Source: Candidatus Hydrothermarchaeum profundi
Lineage (GTDB): Archaea > Hydrothermarchaeota > Hydrothermarchaeia > Hydrothermarchaeales > Hydrothermarchaeaceae
Length of the DNA: 64,000 nt
Assembly: GCA_002011125.2 (NCBI GenBank)
Contig: MTMF02000009.1
Location: forward strand, 611,095-675,094
Direction of reading: 5' to 3'
The stretch's first letter is position 1; the number at the start of each line of letters is the position of its first letter. Shown here in pieces: positions 61,947 through 64,000 of this stretch. The translations under genes were made by a program, and so were the position numbers. The notes beneath the pieces are model-generated. The model was given only the letters and a program-made list of their open reading frames with translations. It was not told where the DNA came from and searched no databases.

Positions 61947-63299
61947 ATGCCTATCCATCCTATTGATTTCAGGTACGGAAGTCCTGAGATGAAGGCTATT
62001 TTTGAAGAGGAAAGTAGGTTGCAGAAATTACTTGATGTGGAAGCGGCTTTAGCGAGAGCGCACAAGAAAGTAGGCAATATCCCAAAAGAAGCGGCTGATA
62101 TTATATCAAAAAATGCTACCGTGGATAAAGTAAAACTATCGAGGGTTAAAGAAATAGAAAATGAGATAAAACATGATCTTATGGCGGTTGTTAAGGCTCT
62201 GTCGGAGCAATGTGGAGAAGCTGGAAAGTACGTTCACTTGGGCGCTACTTCATATGATATAATAGACACAGCTAATGCATTGCAGTTCAGAGAAGCTTTA
62301 GAGGTCGTTGTTAAAGACCTTTATACTTTGGAGGGTGTGTTGCTAGATCTTGCAGAGAGGTACATCGATACTGTAGCCGTGGGCAGAACTCACGGACAAC
62401 ACGCCACCCCTATTACTTATGGCTTAAAATTCGCTATTTGGGCGAGAGAAACTAGAAGACATATAAAGCGCTTGCAACAGATGAAAGAGAGGGTTTTGGT
62501 TGGTAAAATGACCGGAGCGGTTGGGACGCAGGCATCTTTCGGTACGCAGGGGCCTAGGATTCAGGAGCTAGTGATGGAAGACTTAGGACTCAAGGCAGTC
62601 ATGGTGTCTAATCAAGTAGTGCAAAGAGATAGATACGCTGAACTCATATCTATGCTCGCATTGATAGCAGCGTCACTTGACAAGTTTGCTAAAGAAATTA
62701 GGAATTTAATGCGTACTGAAATAGCGGAGGTTAGCGAGCCTTTTGCAGTAGACAAGCAGGTGGGGTCTTCTACAATGCCTCATAAAAGGAATCCTATTAA
62801 TTGTGAGAAGGTCTGTGGATTAGCGAGAGTAGTGAAGTCAAATGTATTTGTCGCTTTAGAAAATGTGGCTCTCGAGCATGAACGAGACCTTACTAACTCC
62901 TCTCCAGAGAGAGTTATCTTTCCAGAGAGCTTTATCCTATTAGATGAGATGTTGAAAACAATGATCAAGGTTCTTAGAGGCTTAGTTTTATTCCCGGATA
63001 ATATAGAGAGAAACTTGATGATGACTCGGGGATTAGAGATGGCAGAGGCAGTGATGATAGCTTTGGTCGAAAAAGGATTAGGCAGACAGGATGCTCACGA
63101 AATGTTAAGGGAAATATCTATGGAGGCTTATAAAAAGGGAGAATCGTTAGAGGAGGCTTTAAAGAAGGACTCTAGGATAACACAGCTTCTAAGCGATGAG
63201 GAGATTTCAAAGCTTGTAGATCCTCATAACTATATAGGAACTGCTATAGAGCAGGTGAGAAATGTCCTCGAAGTTTCTAGAAGAGAAAGAATTTCGTAA
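61947..63299 (+). CDS. purB: Adenylosuccinate lyase
   Basis: HPID.RYG, HLGATS.D, GRTHGQHA, GSSTMPHKRNP. Confidence 0.95.
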   Translation: MPIHPIDFRYGSPEMKAIFEEESRLQKLLDVEAALARAHKKVGNIPKEAADIISKNATVDKVKLSRVKEIENEIKHDLMAVVKALSEQCGEAGKYVHLGATSYDIIDTANALQFREALEVVVKDLYTLEGVLLDLAERYIDTVAVGRTHGQHATPITYGLKFAIWARETRRHIKRLQQMKERVLVGKMTGAVGTQASFGTQGPRIQELVMEDLGLKAVMVSNQVVQRDRYAELISMLALIAASLDKFAKEIRNLMRTEIAEVSEPFAVDKQVGSSTMPHKRNPINCEKVCGLARVVKSNVFVALENVALEHERDLTNSSPERVIFPESFILLDEMLKTMIKVLRGLVLFPDNIERNLMMTRGLEMAEAVMIALVEKGLGRQDAHEMLREISMEAYKKGESLEEALKKDSRITQLLSDEEISKLVDPHNYIGTAIEQVRNVLEVSRRERIS

Positions 63300-63897
63300 T
63301 TTTTTCAACATACTTGGAGACTTGGAGCAAAGGGAAGAAATATTAGCCCAACTAGCAGAAAAAATAGAAGAGGGATCTAAAGTTGTAGATATAGCGACCG
63401 GCTCAGGATATTTTGCAAGGAATTTTTTAGAGAGAGAAGTATTCCTTGTATGCGTTGATATCGATACAAGGGCATTAATGTCTTTGAAAAAAGAGTTGTC
63501 CTCAATTTCTAAGAAAGCGCATTTTGAATTTATAATATCAGATGCCGCATGGTTGCCATTTAAAGAGCACGTGTTTGAGTACTCCATCGGCTGGTCAGCT
63601 CTTGTTCACATAAAAGACTGGAGAATCTCGGTTGAAGAGATGTTTAGAGTTTCTAGGAACATTATTTTAGCTGAGCCCTCCGGCGAGTATGCGGTTAGAG
63701 CGTTTAGAGATTTCATGTACAACTATAGCCCTCCTTCTCCCAGAGAGTGGTTAGGAGAATTTTATAGAAGGGGAAGTGTAAATATAAAGATAAAGGACTT
63801 TGTAATGGTGGTAGAGGTAAAAAGTGAGAATCGTAGTTGTGCTCCTAATGTTAATAGCAGTCTCTGGGTGCCTTCCTCAAAAGGTAGAGAGGCATGA
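63262..63897 (+). CDS. Class I SAM-dependent methyltransferase
   Basis: VVDIATGSG, VDID, DA..LPF....F. Confidence 0.75.
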   Translation: MSSKFLEEKEFRNFFNILGDLEQREEILAQLAEKIEEGSKVVDIATGSGYFARNFLEREVFLVCVDIDTRALMSLKKELSSISKKAHFEFIISDAAWLPFKEHVFEYSIGWSALVHIKDWRISVEEMFRVSRNIILAEPSGEYAVRAFRDFMYNYSPPSPREWLGEFYRRGSVNIKIKDFVMVVEVKSENRSCAPNVNSSLWVPSSKGREA

Positions 63898-64000
63898 GTT
63901 AGAGATTGAACCAGTTCTTGACCACTATGCCCTAAACGGCTATACAGAAAGTGCAGGGGAGGGCCTATACGTTATCCCAGGTTCCATAAAGGATGCTAAG
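63824..64000 (+). CDS. Predicted lipoprotein, 5' part only (runs off the window)
   Basis: GAGGT RBS, then GTG-RIVVVLLMLIAVSGC-LPQKVERHE..., open to the window end. Confidence 0.55.
   Translation, partial: MRIVVVLLMLIAVSGCLPQKVERHELEIEPVLDHYALNGYTESAGEGLYVIPGSIKDAK

Overview
Gene-dense, AT-rich archaeal chromosome segment. The archaeal assignment rests on MCM, an RPA2-like protein, rpS8e, AglB, GatCAB and an A1:U72 initiator tRNA. Content (HdrA-MvhD, c-type multiheme cytochromes, Methanobacteriota-like housekeeping genes) would fit an anaerobic euryarchaeon such as Hydrothermarchaeota, which is inference only. The first 33 kb is mostly housekeeping: gatCAB, sirC-hemA-hemB-hemL-hemC, rps8e, hdrA-mvhD, mcm-rpa, ahcY and trpCEGD. 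The middle has tRNA-iMet, glucan metabolism genes, aglB with a cysD/phosphodiesterase/epimerase cluster, and two pseudogene remnants. The most striking part is 53.1-61.8 kb, a divergent respiratory locus. One arm encodes a thioredoxin lipoprotein, a 10-11-heme membrane-anchored cytochrome c, a Tat Rieske protein and a cytochrome b with an altered Qo motif. The other arm encodes a heme- and Cys-bearing beta-propeller lipoprotein and a MacB/LolCDE-type ABC system whose two permeases carry vicinal Cys-Cys and share a perfect 182-bp repeat; a PCu(A)C copper chaperone follows. Other notable items: a TFE-like paralogue facing an RHH-KaiC gene across a tandem operator, four phased TrpY-type boxes, an ORB-like element upstream of mcm, and a probable non-canonical start codon for sirC. 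All calls are from motif recognition by eye; no searches were run.
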